Notes: a model not told the origin generated them from the sequence alone. Shown: positions 34,014 to 46,696, counted from the whole stretch's first letter. The stretch: 62,763 bases of DNA, filler included, from 6 parts of 6 records of this genome joined end to end with filler, not necessarily neighbours in it; one strand, 5' to 3'. Numbers and translations: made by a program.

Positions 34014-34113
34014 NNNNNNNNNNNNNNNNNNNNNNNNNNNNNNNNNNNNNNNNNNNNTTAATTAATTAANNNNNNNNNNNNNNNNNNNNNNNNNNNNNNN
34101 NNNNNNNNNNNNN
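34014..34113. other. Artificial contig linker
   Basis: N44-TTAATTAATTAA-N44. Confidence 0.98.
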
Positions 34114-34114
34114 G

Positions 34115-34642
34115 GGTACAGAGAATCGAGTAAGGTTATTGAAGCAATTTCTGCAAGATTTCAAAAAACCAATTGTTATAGATGCTGATGGACTGAACTT
34201 GCTAGCTCGAAATCCTGATTTATTACCCTTAGTGCCAAAGAATTCAGTTCTTACGCCACATATAGGTGAGTTTACGAGGTTAGTGGGGAAAGCTACTAAC
34301 CATTTGGAAAGGCTTGAATTGGCCAAAAGATTTGCGATGGATAATGAATTGATCTTGGTGCTTAAAGGAGCAAATACAGTTATTAGTTTGCCAGATGGAA
34401 GACAAGTCGTTAATTCTTCAGGAAACAAATACATGGCAACAGGAGGGGCTGGAGATGTGCTAACTGGCATGATCACTTCTTATTTAGGAATGGGGTACGC
34501 ACCTGAGAATGCCGCACTATGTGGAGTGTTTCACCATGGCATGGCAGGAGAAATCGCCTCAAAATCCAAAAGAAGGTCTTTGATCGCTAGTGATATCATC
34601 GCATCTATCCCAGACACATACATTCAATTAGATATTTCTTAA
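34115..34642 (+). CDS. nnr: NAD(P)HX dehydratase/epimerase, C-terminal fragment
   Basis: VIDADGLN, LTPHIGEF, LKGA, MATGGAGDVLTG. Confidence 0.92.
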   Translation, partial: GTENRVRLLKQFLQDFKKPIVIDADGLNLLARNPDLLPLVPKNSVLTPHIGEFTRLVGKATNHLERLELAKRFAMDNELILVLKGANTVISLPDGRQVVNSSGNKYMATGGAGDVLTGMITSYLGMGYAPENAALCGVFHHGMAGEIASKSKRRSLIASDIIASIPDTYIQLDIS

Positions 34643-34704
34643 TTCTTTGGTCCTAGACAAACTATACATGTTTCTCTGAGGTTCTTCTCCTATCTATTTT
34701 TACT

Positions 34705-35892
34705 ATGAACAAAGAGAAGCTTTTGCTTTGGACCCTAGCGGCCATTAATTTTATTCACATCGTCGATTTCATGATTTTGATGCCCTTAGGTCCTCAGTTG
34801 ATGAGAATCTTTGATATTTCTCCTCGTGAATTTGGCTTATTGGTTTCTTGCTATACATTCAGTGCGGGGATTTCCAGCTTCTTCGGAGCCTTTGTATTGG
34901 ATCGATTTGATCGCAAGAAGATACTGGTTTGGGTATATATAGGTTTTGCGATTTCCACCTTAGGCTGTGCTCTATCACCTAGCTATCCTATTCTTTTGGC
35001 GGCAAGAGTAATCTCCGGCATTTTTGGCGGATTGACTTCAGCTTTGATTTTGGCGATTATCGGTGACGTAATTCCTGATTCTCGACGTGGTAGAGCCATG
35101 GGTTTGGTAATGGCGGCATTCTCAGTAGCATCAGTTCTTGGAGTACCTCTTGGGTTGTTTTTAGCAAGTTTGTCTGATTGGCACACGCCATTTTTCTTAC
35201 TTACAGGACTATCTGTGTTGAGCCTTGGGATGATCATCAAGTATATCCCAAATATCACAGATCATCTTAAAAATGACATTGTACGACCTAATCCTTTATT
35301 AGTTATTCGAAGAGTTACAAGCGATTCCAATCAGATGAGAGCGATTACTCTTTCTGTGATGATGATGTTTGGACAGTTTATGATTATTCCCTTTTTGAGT
35401 CCATATACTGTGGCAAATGTTGGGTTTACTGAGCTACAACTCACTTACATCTACATGGCGGGTGGAGCATTTACGATTTTCACTTCGCCTTGGGTTGGGA
35501 AGCTTTCTGATAAGTATGGCAAACAGAAGATCTTTATCATTTTCATGCTTCTGAACCTGATTCCTATTGCCATCATTACTCACTTGGGTGTTACTCCAAT
35601 TCCTTTTGTACTGATGGTTTCCACGATGTTCTTTGTGACTTCTAATGGCAGATATGTACCAGCGGCGGCAATTGTGACGGGAACTGCCAAGCCAGAAAAT
35701 AGAGGAAGCTTTCTGAGTTTCAACTCAGCCGTGCAACAATTAGCGACTGGAGTAGCTACATTACTTGCAGGGATTATCATCGGAGAGAATGCAGCTGGGG
35801 AATTGACCAATTACAATGTGGTAGGATACATCGCCATTGCATTTAGTTTGCTATGTATTCCTTTAGCGATGAGGATAAAAGTGGTGAGTTGA
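34705..35892 (+). CDS. MFS transporter (DHA1-like)
   Basis: About 12 TM helices; motif A LDRFDRKK; DFMILMPLGPQLM. Confidence 0.92.
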   Translation: MNKEKLLLWTLAAINFIHIVDFMILMPLGPQLMRIFDISPREFGLLVSCYTFSAGISSFFGAFVLDRFDRKKILVWVYIGFAISTLGCALSPSYPILLAARVISGIFGGLTSALILAIIGDVIPDSRRGRAMGLVMAAFSVASVLGVPLGLFLASLSDWHTPFFLLTGLSVLSLGMIIKYIPNITDHLKNDIVRPNPLLVIRRVTSDSNQMRAITLSVMMMFGQFMIIPFLSPYTVANVGFTELQLTYIYMAGGAFTIFTSPWVGKLSDKYGKQKIFIIFMLLNLIPIAIITHLGVTPIPFVLMVSTMFFVTSNGRYVPAAAIVTGTAKPENRGSFLSFNSAVQQLATGVATLLAGIIIGENAAGELTNYNVVGYIAIAFSLLCIPLAMRIKVVS

Positions 35893-35966
35893 AAAGATTC
35901 TCTCGACAAAGTATTTTGTAATATTTTCTTCAGGTTGATCTGTATCAGTGGGCGAAAAACGATGTC

Positions 35967-36000
35967 AAAAAATAATCCCCGACATTTCTGCCGGGGATTT
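35967..36000. terminator. Intrinsic terminator between convergent MFS and asnS genes
   Basis: AATCCCCG/CGGGGATT stem with adjacent A-tract. Confidence 0.7.
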
Positions 36001-36007
36001 GTAATTT

Positions 36008-37459
36008 TTAGAACTCTGCATTTCCTGGCGTTCGAGGGAATGCGATCACATCCCTAATATTTCCCATTCCAGTGACGAAGAGCACCATTCGCTCAAAGCC
36101 AAGTCCGAAACCGGCGTGCGGTGTAGCTCCAAATCTTCTCGTATCTAGGTACCACCACATTTCATCCTGCGGGATGTTCATCTCTTCCATTCTAGCGGTG
36201 AGCACATCCATGCGTTCTTCACGCTGTGAACCACCTACTATTTCACCAATTCCAGGGAAAAGTATGTCCATCGCCGCTACCGTCTTTCCGTCTTCGTTTT
36301 GACGCATGTAGAACGACTTGATATCTTTAGGGTAATCCGTCAGGATAACTGGCTTTTTGAAATGCTTCTCAACCAAGAATCGCTCGTGTTCAGATTGCAA
36401 ATCTGCTCCCCATGCATCGATCAGGTATGAGAATTTCTTCTTTTTATTTGGAGTCGAGTTTCTGAGAATTTCGATTGCCTCCGTATAAGTGATTCTTACG
36501 AAGTCATTATCTGCTACAAATTTCAGCTTATCCGTTAAGCTCATTTCGCTGCGTTGATCAGCTGGCTTAGATTTTTCTTCTTCCTGAAGCCTTGAATCAA
36601 GGAATGCCAAATCTTCAGCACAATTGTCCAGTGCGTATTGGATCACATATTTTAAGAAATCTTCCGCTAGATCGGCATTGTCTTCCGCATCATAGAAAGC
36701 CATTTCCGGTTCGATCATCCAGAATTCAGCCAAGTGGCGAGTTGTATTGGAATTTTCAGCACGAAAAGTCGGGCCAAACGTATAGATATCAGCGAGTGCC
36801 ATTGCGGCTAGTTCACCTTCCAATTGTCCAGACACCGTTAGATTGGTTTCTCTTTCGAAGAAATCCTGCTTGTAATCGATCGCTCCATCAGCAGTCTTTG
36901 GAGGGTTTTTCAGGTCAAGTGTAGTGACTTTGAATGTCTCTCCAGCACCTTCTGCATCTGAAGCCGTGATGATAGGCGTGTGGATGTAGAAAAAACCTTT
37001 GTCGTTGAAGTATTTATGAACAGCAAAAGCCAAGGCATGTCTTACTCTAAAGACCGCGCTGAAAGTATTGGTACGCATTCTTAGGTGAGCATTTTCCCGA
37101 AGGAACTCCATGGAATGCTTCTTAGGCTGCAGCGGATATTTTTCTGGATCTGCTTCACCTAATACTACAATAGCTGTAGCATTCAACTCAGAGCTTTGCC
37201 CAGCACCTTGAGACTCGACTACATTTCCTGTTATTTTAAGACATGCGCCAGTGGTACATTTCTTAAGAATTTCCTCCGAAATCAGATTGGGGTCGGCCAC
37301 CACTTGGTAATTGGTAATGATGGAACCGTCATTCAGTGCAATGAATGAAACATTTTTGTTTCCTCTCTTTGTACGAACCCAGCCCATGAGCGTCACTTCT
37401 GTTCCAATAGGATTAGTATCCAGGATGGTCTTGATTTTGACTCGTTTGTTAAATGCCAT
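36008..37459 (-). CDS. asnS: Asparagine--tRNA ligase
   Basis: [38 protein letters not shown]. Confidence 0.98.
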   Translation of the reverse strand: MAFNKRVKIKTILDTNPIGTEVTLMGWVRTKRGNKNVSFIALNDGSIITNYQVVADPNLISEEILKKCTTGACLKITGNVVESQGAGQSSELNATAIVVLGEADPEKYPLQPKKHSMEFLRENAHLRMRTNTFSAVFRVRHALAFAVHKYFNDKGFFYIHTPIITASDAEGAGETFKVTTLDLKNPPKTADGAIDYKQDFFERETNLTVSGQLEGELAAMALADIYTFGPTFRAENSNTTRHLAEFWMIEPEMAFYDAEDNADLAEDFLKYVIQYALDNCAEDLAFLDSRLQEEEKSKPADQRSEMSLTDKLKFVADNDFVRITYTEAIEILRNSTPNKKKKFSYLIDAWGADLQSEHERFLVEKHFKKPVILTDYPKDIKSFYMRQNEDGKTVAAMDILFPGIGEIVGGSQREERMDVLTARMEEMNIPQDEMWWYLDTRRFGATPHAGFGLGFERMVLFVTGMGNIRDVIAFPRTPGNAEF

Positions 37460-37636
37460 TTGGTGATATGTTAATGCGGAGCTACGAAGCCCGCTAATAA
37501 TTTAAAGGAATGCAAAAAAACGATTAAATAAGCTTTTTATCAAAAGATTGCTCGTTTTTCCTAACTTTGGCATAAGGGCTTTTTCAGTGGAAAAGGCCTT
37601 TTTTGAACCCAAACAGCAGGTTTTACCCAATCCCGA

Positions 37637-38575
37637 ATGCAAAAGTTAAATCTTAGCCAATCACTTTCCCAGAAGCTTTCACCTCAGCAAATACAATTTA
37701 TCAAATTGCTGCAGGTACCGACAGCCGAATTAGATACTCGAATCGAAGAGGAACTCGAGATTAATCCTGCGTTGGAAGAGGGTAAAACAGAAGAAAAAGA
37801 CAGTGCCGATGATGACTTTGAAGATAATTACGAAGAGGAATCTCCGCAGGATGATCGTGATGTAAATATCGATGACTACCTAGACGATGAGTATGGTGGT
37901 TATAAAATGCAAGGTGACGGAAACTACAATGCCGATGAGGAAGATCGGGAGATTCCAATTTCCAGTCAATCTTCCCTACATGAGCAGCTAGTTTCTCAGT
38001 TGAGTTTTCTTAGACTTGACGATAGGAAGAAGATCATCGGTGAGCAATTGATAGGAAGTATTGAGAATGATGGATATATCCGTAGAGATTTAGAGTCTAT
38101 CATAAATGATTTGGCTTTCAGCCAAAATATTGAAACAGATATTGATGAGTTGGAGGAGATTTTGAGAAAAATCCAAAATTTTGATCCAGCAGGTATAGCC
38201 TCTAGAAACCTTCAGGAATGCCTTACTATTCAGCTTGAGCGTAAAGAGCATCCAGATGATCCTACAGTGCAGAATGCACTAAGGATTATGCAGGATTGTT
38301 TCGATGAGTTTACCAAAAAGCATTATGCTAAGATTCAGAAGCGTTGCGATCTTAATGATGAGGAGACTAAGGATGCTGTTAATTTGATTACTAAGCTCAA
38401 TCCAAAGCCAGGAGGAGTTGCTGATGGTTTGGTTCGGACGCAATATATCATACCAGATTTCATGCTTACAAATACTGCTGGCAAGTTTGAGATTAGCTTA
38501 AATTCTAAGAATGCACCAGAGTTGAGGATTTCTAGATCCTATTCTGAAATGTTTGACGCATATGATAAGAGTGAT
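37637..38575 (+). CDS. rpoN: RNA polymerase sigma-54 factor, N-terminal part
   Basis: QKLSPQQIQFIKLLQ, EINPALE, DPAGIASRNLQECL, LNPKPG; Bacteroidota TAACTTTG -7 element upstream. Confidence 0.95.
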
Positions 38576-38675
38576 NNNNNNNNNNNNNNNNNNNNNNNNN
38601 NNNNNNNNNNNNNNNNNNNTTAATTAATTAANNNNNNNNNNNNNNNNNNNNNNNNNNNNNNNNNNNNNNNNNNNN
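38576..38675. other. Artificial contig linker
   Basis: N44-TTAATTAATTAA-N44. Confidence 0.98.
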
Positions 38676-39559
38676 TTTAAAACCTGACGCGCCTGCTGAA
38701 TATCATGTAATGCTTTTTTGAGTTTGCGTTCTGCTTCTTCCTGTTTTTTTTCGTTCGCTTTTGACCAGGTATCCGTCGCTGTGATCAGTTCTTCGACGGC
38801 ATCCTGCTCCAGCTCTTTGGCTTCCTTTTTATTCTCCTCGGTAGAATAGAAATCATTGACGAACAGGATCGCTTTGGCCTCCTTACCAAACGCCGTGCTG
38901 ACCTTATACCGCAGGGCAGCATAACGGGAGATTCCATGGGCACCGGCAAACGGGCTTTTTTTATCTCCCTGTTGAGGAGTCCGCCGCATGATGATCACGA
39001 CTTTGTCTTTGACGTCCAGATCAGCGTAGTCATTGTATTTCAGATCGTCGGCATCAATGCCATAACCACAGAATACCAGTTCCGCATCGAATTTTCCCGA
39101 GCCTCCAAACGAGCAGGCGCGAAAATCCTGGTCGTATTTCAGAGGAATGGTTTTTCCTTCCGAGCCTGTCAGTTCCAACTGGTTGACCGGTCCCAGTTTA
39201 CTTCCCGTATTGATCGTGAATTTCTGGAACGCACCCTCTTCGATGACCTTTACATTCAAACCGGCCTGTTGAAACTCTTTGGCGATATAATCTGCTGCCT
39301 GGTTAATACCTTGTGTATCGACACCGCGTCCCTCCAGTTCGTCAGATGCCAGATATTTGATCGCATCCAGCATCCGTTTTCCACTGGTAGAATCGGGTTC
39401 TGATTTGGCTTTGACTTCCGGTTTGGTGGGGCTGGCAGGAGTTTCACCGTGTAAGAGAGAAGAGCCTGAGTTAGAAAACAGGCTCAAACTGACCAGGGTG
39501 AATAAACAGGCTCTGTAACCAACGGGAGTCATTGCGGATTTAATATTCCAGACAGACAT
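38676..39559 (-). CDS. M28-family aminopeptidase with PA domain, N-terminal fragment
   Basis: YLASDELEGRG, VFCGYGI, YNDYADLDVKDKVV. Confidence 0.85.
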
Positions 39560-39843
39560 AAAACCTCTTTCTCTTTCGATTTGTCTGTAAAACAGGACAT
39601 TACGTACTACGTCAACTTCGGGGCGTATGTTGGAATGACAAGGCGGTTTCACCTGTCATACGTTCTATTTTCGCAATTGCCAGACGGAATGGAAGTCAGT
39701 ACCCAGGTTTAAATGGAAAATCAAAGTGGATCTCAACTCATTTTGACTGTTGAATTTATGTAGAACAAGCCTGAACTGGCGATTTGATTCGGGAACGGTT
39801 AGAGTTTAATTTTTATACAGAACTGAGACCCCCCCGATTGATA

Positions 39844-41895
39844 ATGGAACCATCAATGGAGATTCCCACAGCAGCGCTTATCGACTGTGGTCTACCAGCA
39901 GAGGACGCAACACAGCTGGTTGATTTACTGAAACAGATCCCCGTCACATCGGATAAGGAACTCTGGCGTTTTCTGGTTACAGAAGTACTGACCGCAGAGG
40001 TCCCGTTCAGCGTTCATCAATATTTATACCAGCATGTTTTTGAGAAACGTATTTCAAACAGTGAGCCGGCACCAGCCTGGTTTGCTGGTGACTATGAACT
40101 TAATGGTTCTCACCTCGCGAAATGGGCGGCTGATTTGAAACTGGACGGGTTTGATGCCGTTTACGAATGGTCGATTTCTAACCGGGATAAATTTACGGCG
40201 AAGTTATTAGAATCTCTGAAAATTCAGTTTCGAGAACCACCTCAGGAGATCATGGATCTGCACGCTGGTGTTGAGCAGGTTGAATGGCTCAGGGGAGCGA
40301 CGTTAAACATCGTGGAATCCTGTCTGCGGGAGAAATCAGAGGAAACCGCGATTTTATTTCAGCGCAATACTGACGAAGTACAGCGAATCAGCTATCGGGA
40401 ACTGAGAGAATTAACAGCCCGGGTTGCGAACGGTTTAACTGAAGCAGGCATCGAACCGGGCGAACGTGTCGCAGTGATGCTGCCGATGACAACGGAATCC
40501 GTGGCTATTTTTCTGGGAATCATTGCCGCCGGCTGTGTCGTCGTCACCATTGCAGACAGTTTCTCTGCAGAAGAAATGCAGGTGCGTCTGAGGATTACCA
40601 CACCGCGGCTGATCTTCATTCAGGATGTGATTACACGCAATGGACGTCAATTGCCCTTGTATGCGAAATTGAAATCCTTGTCTGAGTTACCGGCGGTCGT
40701 GCTGCCGGAATCGGAATCGCTGGAAGTGTCACTTCGCGAGTGTGATCAACTGTGGTCGGATTTTCTTTCAGCCAACCCGAAACTGACCTGCGTGTCTCGA
40801 AAACCGCATGATGAAACGACGATTCTGTTTTCGTCGGGAACAACGGGCAGTCCCAAAGGAATCCCCTGGGATCAGACGACACCAGTCAAATCAGCGGGGG
40901 ATGGGTATCTGCATCATGATATTCATGCTGGCGATATTGTCTGCTGGCCGACCAATCTGGGGTGGATGATGGGGCCCTGGCTTGTGTACGCCTCGCTGAT
41001 CAATGATGCCACAATTGCTCTGTCAGACGCTGTGCCCACCAGTCGTCGGTTTTGTGAATTCGTTCAGAATGCAGGCGTTACCATGCTGGGACTAGTGCCA
41101 AGTATTGTTTCGGCCTGGCGAAGTCAGGATGCGACCGCGGGACTGGACTGGTCACAAATCAAGGTCTTCAGCTCCACCGGTGAGTGTTCGAATCCCGAAG
41201 ATATGCTGTGGCTGATGTCGCGTGCCGGGTACCGTCCTGTGATTGAATATTGTGGCGGAACAGAAACTGGCGGCGGCTACATCACGGGGACAGTCCTCAA
41301 GCCAGGCGTTCCCGGTCTGTTCTCCTGTCAGGCGCTCGGTTTTGAATGGCTGTTATTAAATGAATCTGGTGAGGAAACAAAGAACGGCGAAGTCTTTTTT
41401 GTTCCACCTGTGATTGGACTCTCGACGCGATTGATCAACCGGGAGCATCATGAAGTCTATTTTGCTGGCATTGCACCAGGACCCGACGGACAGCTACTCC
41501 GCCGTCATGGAGACCAGATTGAAGCGTTACCCGGCGGCTACTTTCGGGCGCATGGACGAGTGGATGATGCCATGAATCTGGGAGGGATTAAGGTCAGCTC
41601 TGTACAAATTGAAGAGCTGTTGACACAGACTTCAGGAGTGAGAGAAGTCGCTGCCATTGCGGTTGCGCCTCCTGGTGGAGGGCCAGGCCAACTCGTCATC
41701 TTCGTGGTTCTGCAAGAGGGAGCAAAATTTGTCGCGACAGAGCTACAGCAGCAGATGCAACAGATCATTCGCAGTCAGCTCAACCCGCTTTTCAAAATCC
41801 ATGCCGTCCGGGAAATACAACAATTGCCCAGAACCGCATCTAATAAAGTGATGCGGCGAAAATTACGTGATTTATATCAGAGTGAGGAATTATGA
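39844..41895 (+). CDS. Acyl-CoA synthetase (acetate/acetoacetate-CoA ligase superfamily, AAE17/18-like)
   Basis: LFSSGTTGSPKG, WPTNLGWMMGPW, IEYCGGTE, LRRHGD, HGRVDD.MNLGGIK, LPRTASNKVMRR. Confidence 0.92.
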   Translation: MEPSMEIPTAALIDCGLPAEDATQLVDLLKQIPVTSDKELWRFLVTEVLTAEVPFSVHQYLYQHVFEKRISNSEPAPAWFAGDYELNGSHLAKWAADLKLDGFDAVYEWSISNRDKFTAKLLESLKIQFREPPQEIMDLHAGVEQVEWLRGATLNIVESCLREKSEETAILFQRNTDEVQRISYRELRELTARVANGLTEAGIEPGERVAVMLPMTTESVAIFLGIIAAGCVVVTIADSFSAEEMQVRLRITTPRLIFIQDVITRNGRQLPLYAKLKSLSELPAVVLPESESLEVSLRECDQLWSDFLSANPKLTCVSRKPHDETTILFSSGTTGSPKGIPWDQTTPVKSAGDGYLHHDIHAGDIVCWPTNLGWMMGPWLVYASLINDATIALSDAVPTSRRFCEFVQNAGVTMLGLVPSIVSAWRSQDATAGLDWSQIKVFSSTGECSNPEDMLWLMSRAGYRPVIEYCGGTETGGGYITGTVLKPGVPGLFSCQALGFEWLLLNESGEETKNGEVFFVPPVIGLSTRLINREHHEVYFAGIAPGPDGQLLRRHGDQIEALPGGYFRAHGRVDDAMNLGGIKVSSVQIEELLTQTSGVREVAAIAVAPPGGGPGQLVIFVVLQEGAKFVATELQQQMQQIIRSQLNPLFKIHAVREIQQLPRTASNKVMRRKLRDLYQSEEL

Positions 41896-43088
41896 GTCAG
41901 CAGAAACAGACAAGAGTCGCCGTACTCAGTGCCGCCCGCACTCCAATCGGTGCTTTTAATGGAGCTTTTAAAGATCTCTCCGCAGTCAACCTGGGAACGA
42001 TTGCTGCTAAGGAAACATTGAAACGGGGGCAACTGAGTGCCGCACAGGTCGATGAGGTATTTCTGGGGCAGGTATTTACTGCGGGATGTGGCATGAACCC
42101 GGCCCGTCAGGTGGCACTCAATGCAGGTATGCCGTTCGGTGTGCCCGCTACCACAGTGAATATGGTGTGTGGTTCGGGTTTGAAATCGGTCGCATTAGGT
42201 GTGCAGGCAATTCTGTGTGGCAATGCCCGCGTTGCACTGGCAGGGGGCATGGAAAGCATGAGTAACGCCCCATATCTGCTGCAGGGAGCCCGCAGTGGTT
42301 TCCGGATGGGAAATCAGCAACTGGTAGATTCCATGATTCACGATGCCTTGTGGGATGCCTTTTACGACTGTCACATGGGGATGACGGCTGAAAATCTTTC
42401 CGAAAAGTATGACATCTCCCGCGAGGCCCAGGATCGCTATGCGGTTCAAAGTCAGGAACGCTGTCAGGCAGCCATCGAAGCCGGAAAATTCGTTGAGGAG
42501 ATTGTGAGAGTTCCCGTGACGAACAGGAAAAAGGAGACAACACTGATCTCTGAGGATGAATATCCGCGTAAAGGGACCAGTTATGAAACGATCTCCTGTC
42601 TACGGCCTGCCTTTAAATCGGAAGGCACTGTGACGGCTGCTAATTCTTCTGGAATCAATGATGGGGCTGCCACCCTGCTGATTGCTGAGGAAAGTTTTGT
42701 CGCTGAACATCATCTGAAACCTCTGGCCTGGATTCGCGCGTTTTCCAATGTAGGCCTGGATCCACAATTTATGGGCATGGGGCCTGCTCACGCAGTGGAT
42801 GCATTGTTAAAAGCCGAAAAACTTAAACTGAGAGAGATCGGACTGCTGGAAGTGAACGAAGCATTTGCCGCTCAAACCCTGGCTGTCGGTAAATCACTGA
42901 ACTGGGATGAGGAGCGTGTGAATGTGAATGGGGGAGCGATTGCCCTGGGACACCCCCTGGGAGCCAGTGGGGCGCGGATTGCGGTGAGTCTATTACACGA
43001 GATGCAGAAACGGAAGACACAACGGGGGATTGCTTCGCTGTGTATTGGCGGCGGCATGGGGATTGCCATGTTATTCGAAGCGGCCTGA
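41892..43088 (+). CDS. Acetyl-CoA C-acetyltransferase (thiolase)
   Basis: [25 protein letters not shown]. Confidence 0.95.
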   Translation: MSQQKQTRVAVLSAARTPIGAFNGAFKDLSAVNLGTIAAKETLKRGQLSAAQVDEVFLGQVFTAGCGMNPARQVALNAGMPFGVPATTVNMVCGSGLKSVALGVQAILCGNARVALAGGMESMSNAPYLLQGARSGFRMGNQQLVDSMIHDALWDAFYDCHMGMTAENLSEKYDISREAQDRYAVQSQERCQAAIEAGKFVEEIVRVPVTNRKKETTLISEDEYPRKGTSYETISCLRPAFKSEGTVTAANSSGINDGAATLLIAEESFVAEHHLKPLAWIRAFSNVGLDPQFMGMGPAHAVDALLKAEKLKLREIGLLEVNEAFAAQTLAVGKSLNWDEERVNVNGGAIALGHPLGASGARIAVSLLHEMQKRKTQRGIASLCIGGGMGIAMLFEAA

Positions 43089-43121
43089 TCTGAGCAGTTA
43101 TTTAAAGGAAGCGAATGTCTG

Positions 43122-44057
43122 ATGCAGGAAATCGGAATTCTGGGTGCGGGGCTGATCGGAGCCAGCTGGGCGACTTTTTTTGCGGCGCAGGGCTTGAACG
43201 TCCGCATCTTTGATGTGAACGACACAGTCAAACAGCAGGCGCGGGAACAGTCTGTCCAAAATCTTCAACGTCTGGCAAACTTGGAACTGATTTCCCGGGT
43301 GGATGCTGCAGCAGCAGAGGAAAAGCTGAAAGTCGTTGATTCTCTGGCGGAATTGCTGGCTGACGTGGAATATGTGCAGGAATCTGTGATCGAAGATTAT
43401 GAAATCAAAGCAGACGTCTATCAGCAGTTTGAGCAGTATGCTCCGGAAACGGCAATTCTGGGCAGCAGTTCTTCGGGACTGTTGATGACGCGGATGCAGG
43501 CGGTGATGCAGCATCCCGGTCGGGCATTGATCGCGCATCCTTTCAATCCGCCGCATCTGATCCCGCTGGTAGAACTGGTTCCCGGCGAACAGACTGCTAT
43601 TGAAACAATGGAAACAGTCAAAGCGTTTTTTCTGGAACTGGGAAAACATCCCGTAGTCTTGAACAGGGAAGTCCCCGGCCACATTGCCAATCGACTGGCG
43701 GCGGCGGTCTGGAGAGAATCGCTGGCGCTGCTGGATGCGGGTGTCGCCAGTGTGGAAGACATTGATGCCGCACTCTGTAAAGGACCGGGCTTGCGGTGGG
43801 CGCTGATGGGCCAGCATCTGATCTATGAACTCGGCGGTGGTGCAGGTGGATATCAGAAATTTATGGATACGATCGGGGCTTCTTTTGAAGCATACTGGGA
43901 GGATATGGAACACTGGACGAGCATCCCTGAATCCGCAAAGTCGAAGGCGGTTTCCGGAACACAGTCTTATCTGACTCAGAAAAGCCGCAGTGAATGGGCT
44001 GCCTGGAGAGATGAGAAACTGGCCCGCATTCAACAGATTATTAGTGAGGAGAAGTGA
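43122..44057 (+). CDS. 3-hydroxyacyl-CoA dehydrogenase family (CRYL1/carnitine dehydrogenase-like)
   Basis: [36 protein letters not shown]. Confidence 0.9.
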   Translation: MQEIGILGAGLIGASWATFFAAQGLNVRIFDVNDTVKQQAREQSVQNLQRLANLELISRVDAAAAEEKLKVVDSLAELLADVEYVQESVIEDYEIKADVYQQFEQYAPETAILGSSSSGLLMTRMQAVMQHPGRALIAHPFNPPHLIPLVELVPGEQTAIETMETVKAFFLELGKHPVVLNREVPGHIANRLAAAVWRESLALLDAGVASVEDIDAALCKGPGLRWALMGQHLIYELGGGAGGYQKFMDTIGASFEAYWEDMEHWTSIPESAKSKAVSGTQSYLTQKSRSEWAAWRDEKLARIQQIISEEK

Positions 44058-44295
44058 TGTCTACGTCTCGAACCGCTTTGATTACAGGAGCCGCGAGTGG
44101 CATCGGTGCCGAAATTGCCCAGACCTTATTCCGCGAAGGTTGTCATGTGGTGATTGCTGATCGGAATGAACCCGACTATTTGGAGAGTCTTAGTGCCGCA
44201 GATCAGCGAACACGGTTTATCCCCACAGATCTCTCAGAACAGGCTGATTGTCAGTCGCTGGTCGAACAAACTTTGAACGAGTTCGGATCGATTGA
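44057..44295 (+). CDS. SDR oxidoreductase, N-terminal fragment
   Basis: TGAASGIG; TGATG overlap with the upstream gene. Confidence 0.88.
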
Positions 44296-44395
44296 NNNNN
44301 NNNNNNNNNNNNNNNNNNNNNNNNNNNNNNNNNNNNNNNTTAATTAATTAANNNNNNNNNNNNNNNNNNNNNNNNNNNNNNNNNNNNNNNNNNNN
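44296..44395. other. Artificial contig linker
   Basis: N44-TTAATTAATTAA-N44. Confidence 0.98.
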
Positions 44396-46696
44396 GCCAT
44401 AGAGATAACGAAGCGTGTCGTATACATCGGACTGCTCAACCCCGTAATATTCGAGATTGTCCTGATTGATGATTACTTGGATCCGTTCTGGCTGGTTATG
44501 ATAGCTGTTGTCGATATCGACGATGAACGGGACGCTCTCGAACGCCTCACGAACCTTGTCGGCCACAGCGCGGCGCGTCTGCGGGTCCGGGCCGTAAATC
44601 TCGGCGAGTAAGGTACTGATAACGGGAGGGCCGGGGGGCGGCTCGACGACCTTGAGAACAGCGTCTTTCGGTACGTCGGCATCCTTGAGACGTTGGCGCA
44701 TTTCGAGCGCGATGGCATGGCTTGAGCGGTCGCGTTCGCCCTTGGGCGACAGGTTCACCGCGACCTGTCCCTGTTCGGGATTGGAGCGCAGATAATAATG
44801 ACGCACCAACCCATTAAAATCGAAGGGCAGGGCCGTACCAGCATAGGTCTGGAACGAGACGATTTCGGGGACGGCGGCCAGCCGGTCGACTATTATCTGG
44901 AGTGTGCGGTTCGTATCTTCGACAGATGAACCTTTCGGCAGGTCGAGGACGACCTGAAGGTCCGACTTGTTATCGAAGGGCAGAAGCTTGACCGTCACAT
45001 CTCTGGTATAGAAAAGACCAAGCGACGCCAGAGTGGTGAAACCGACAATCAGAAGGAATATCCACGAACGCTGACGGGTGCGGAGGACTGGCCGGGCGGT
45101 TGCAACATAGAGCCGACCGAGCAAACCACCGCCAGCCGTCGAATGGTCGTGGGCCGCGATGGCGTGAGCCCCGCCGATCTTGAGCATCAGCCAGGGCGTC
45201 AGCACGACGGCGACAAAGAAAGAAAACAACATCGCAGCGGAGGCAACAGCTGGGATCGGACTCATATAGGGGCCCATCATGCCGGAAACGAAGAGCATGG
45301 GCAGAAGGGCGACAACCACTGTCAATGTGGCAATGATCGTAGGATTGCCAACTTCGGAGACCGCATCGATGGCTGCCTGTGCACGCGATCGGTCGTCATC
45401 CATCGTCCAGTGACGGGCGATGTTTTCAATCACGACGATGGCGTCGTCGACCAGAATGCCTATGGAAAAGATCAACGCAAACAAGCTAACACGGTTCAAT
45501 GTGTAGCCCATAAGGTGGGCGGCAAACAGCGTCAGCAGGATTGTTGTCGGAATAACAACCGCTACCACCAGCGCCGCGCGCCAACCAATGGCGATAGCAA
45601 CCAGCACGACGATCGATACTGTTGCGAGCCCCAAATGGAAGAGCAGTTCGTTTGCCTTCTCATTTGCTGTTTCTCCGTAGTTGCGTGTGACGGTCATCTC
45701 CACGTCCTCGGGGAAGATCTGGCCGCGCACTTGTTCCAGGCGCTTAACGATATCATTGGCGATGACGACGGCGTTGGTACCCGGACGCTTGGCGATCGCC
45801 AGCGAGACCGCAGGTGCGCGGGCAAGCCCGGAATCTGTCTTGCGAATATCCGTCACTCTGTTCTCGGCCGGTGCGGTTGCAAGGACTACCTTTGCGACGT
45901 CGCGGACATAGACCGGCCTTCCATCGCGGGCGGTGAGCAGGAGATTGCCGATCTGTGACATTTCCTGCAAGGTTTGGCCCGCGATTAGGGCATGTTGCCC
46001 GCCCTCATCGCGGATCAGGCCAAGACGGAACGAGCGGTTGGCACCTTCAATCTTTGCGGCAAGTTGCTGCAATGTGATCCCGTAAAGCGAGAGTTTTTCC
46101 GGGTCGGGTTCGATCCGGAATTCTTCGGGCTGTTCGCCAATGATATAGGTGAGACCAATATCCGGAAGCTTTGAGACTTCGGTCTGCAGTTCATGTGCGA
46201 TCCGCGTCAGTCCGTTCGCCGTCCAGCGGGAGGCCGCTTCCGGCGTCGGCCGCAATGTGGCGACGACGATTGCCACGTCATTGATGCCGCGCCCGACGAT
46301 CAGTGGCTCGGGAATGCCGACCGGGATGCGACCCATGTTGGCGCGGATTTTCTCGTGGACTCTCAGGATAGCAACATCCGCATTGGTGCCAACGTCGAAT
46401 CGCGCCGTGACAAGGGTGCCATCGTCCTCGGTCTGGGAATAGACATGTTCAATGCCGTCGATGCTCTTGATGATCGTCTCAAGCGGTTCGGTGACGAGCT
46501 TTACAGCGTCTTCCGCCTTCAGGCCGTTCGCGTTGACATGGATATCGACCATCGGCACGGAGATCTGCGGTTCCTCTTCGCGCGGCAGGGTGACGAGTGC
46601 AATCAGACCCAGCGCAAGCGCCGCCAATAAAAACAGTGGCGTGAGCGGAGACGTGATGAAGGCACGGGTGAGGCTGCCGGCGATTCCAAGCTTCAT
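44396..46696 (-). CDS. RND transporter permease (3'-truncated)
   Basis: LPREEEPQISVPM, IGILVDDAIVVIENI, GMMGPYMSPIP. Confidence 0.93.

Noticed and set aside
43098-44033. 311-aa antisense ORF mirroring the dehydrogenase
   Set aside because: Codon-register shadow of the sense gene, with no recognisable motifs.
45143-45958. 271-aa antisense ORF inside the RND gene, and similar shadows in ligA, MCP and regB
   Set aside because: Expected in GC-rich coding DNA; the opposite strand carries the conserved protein.
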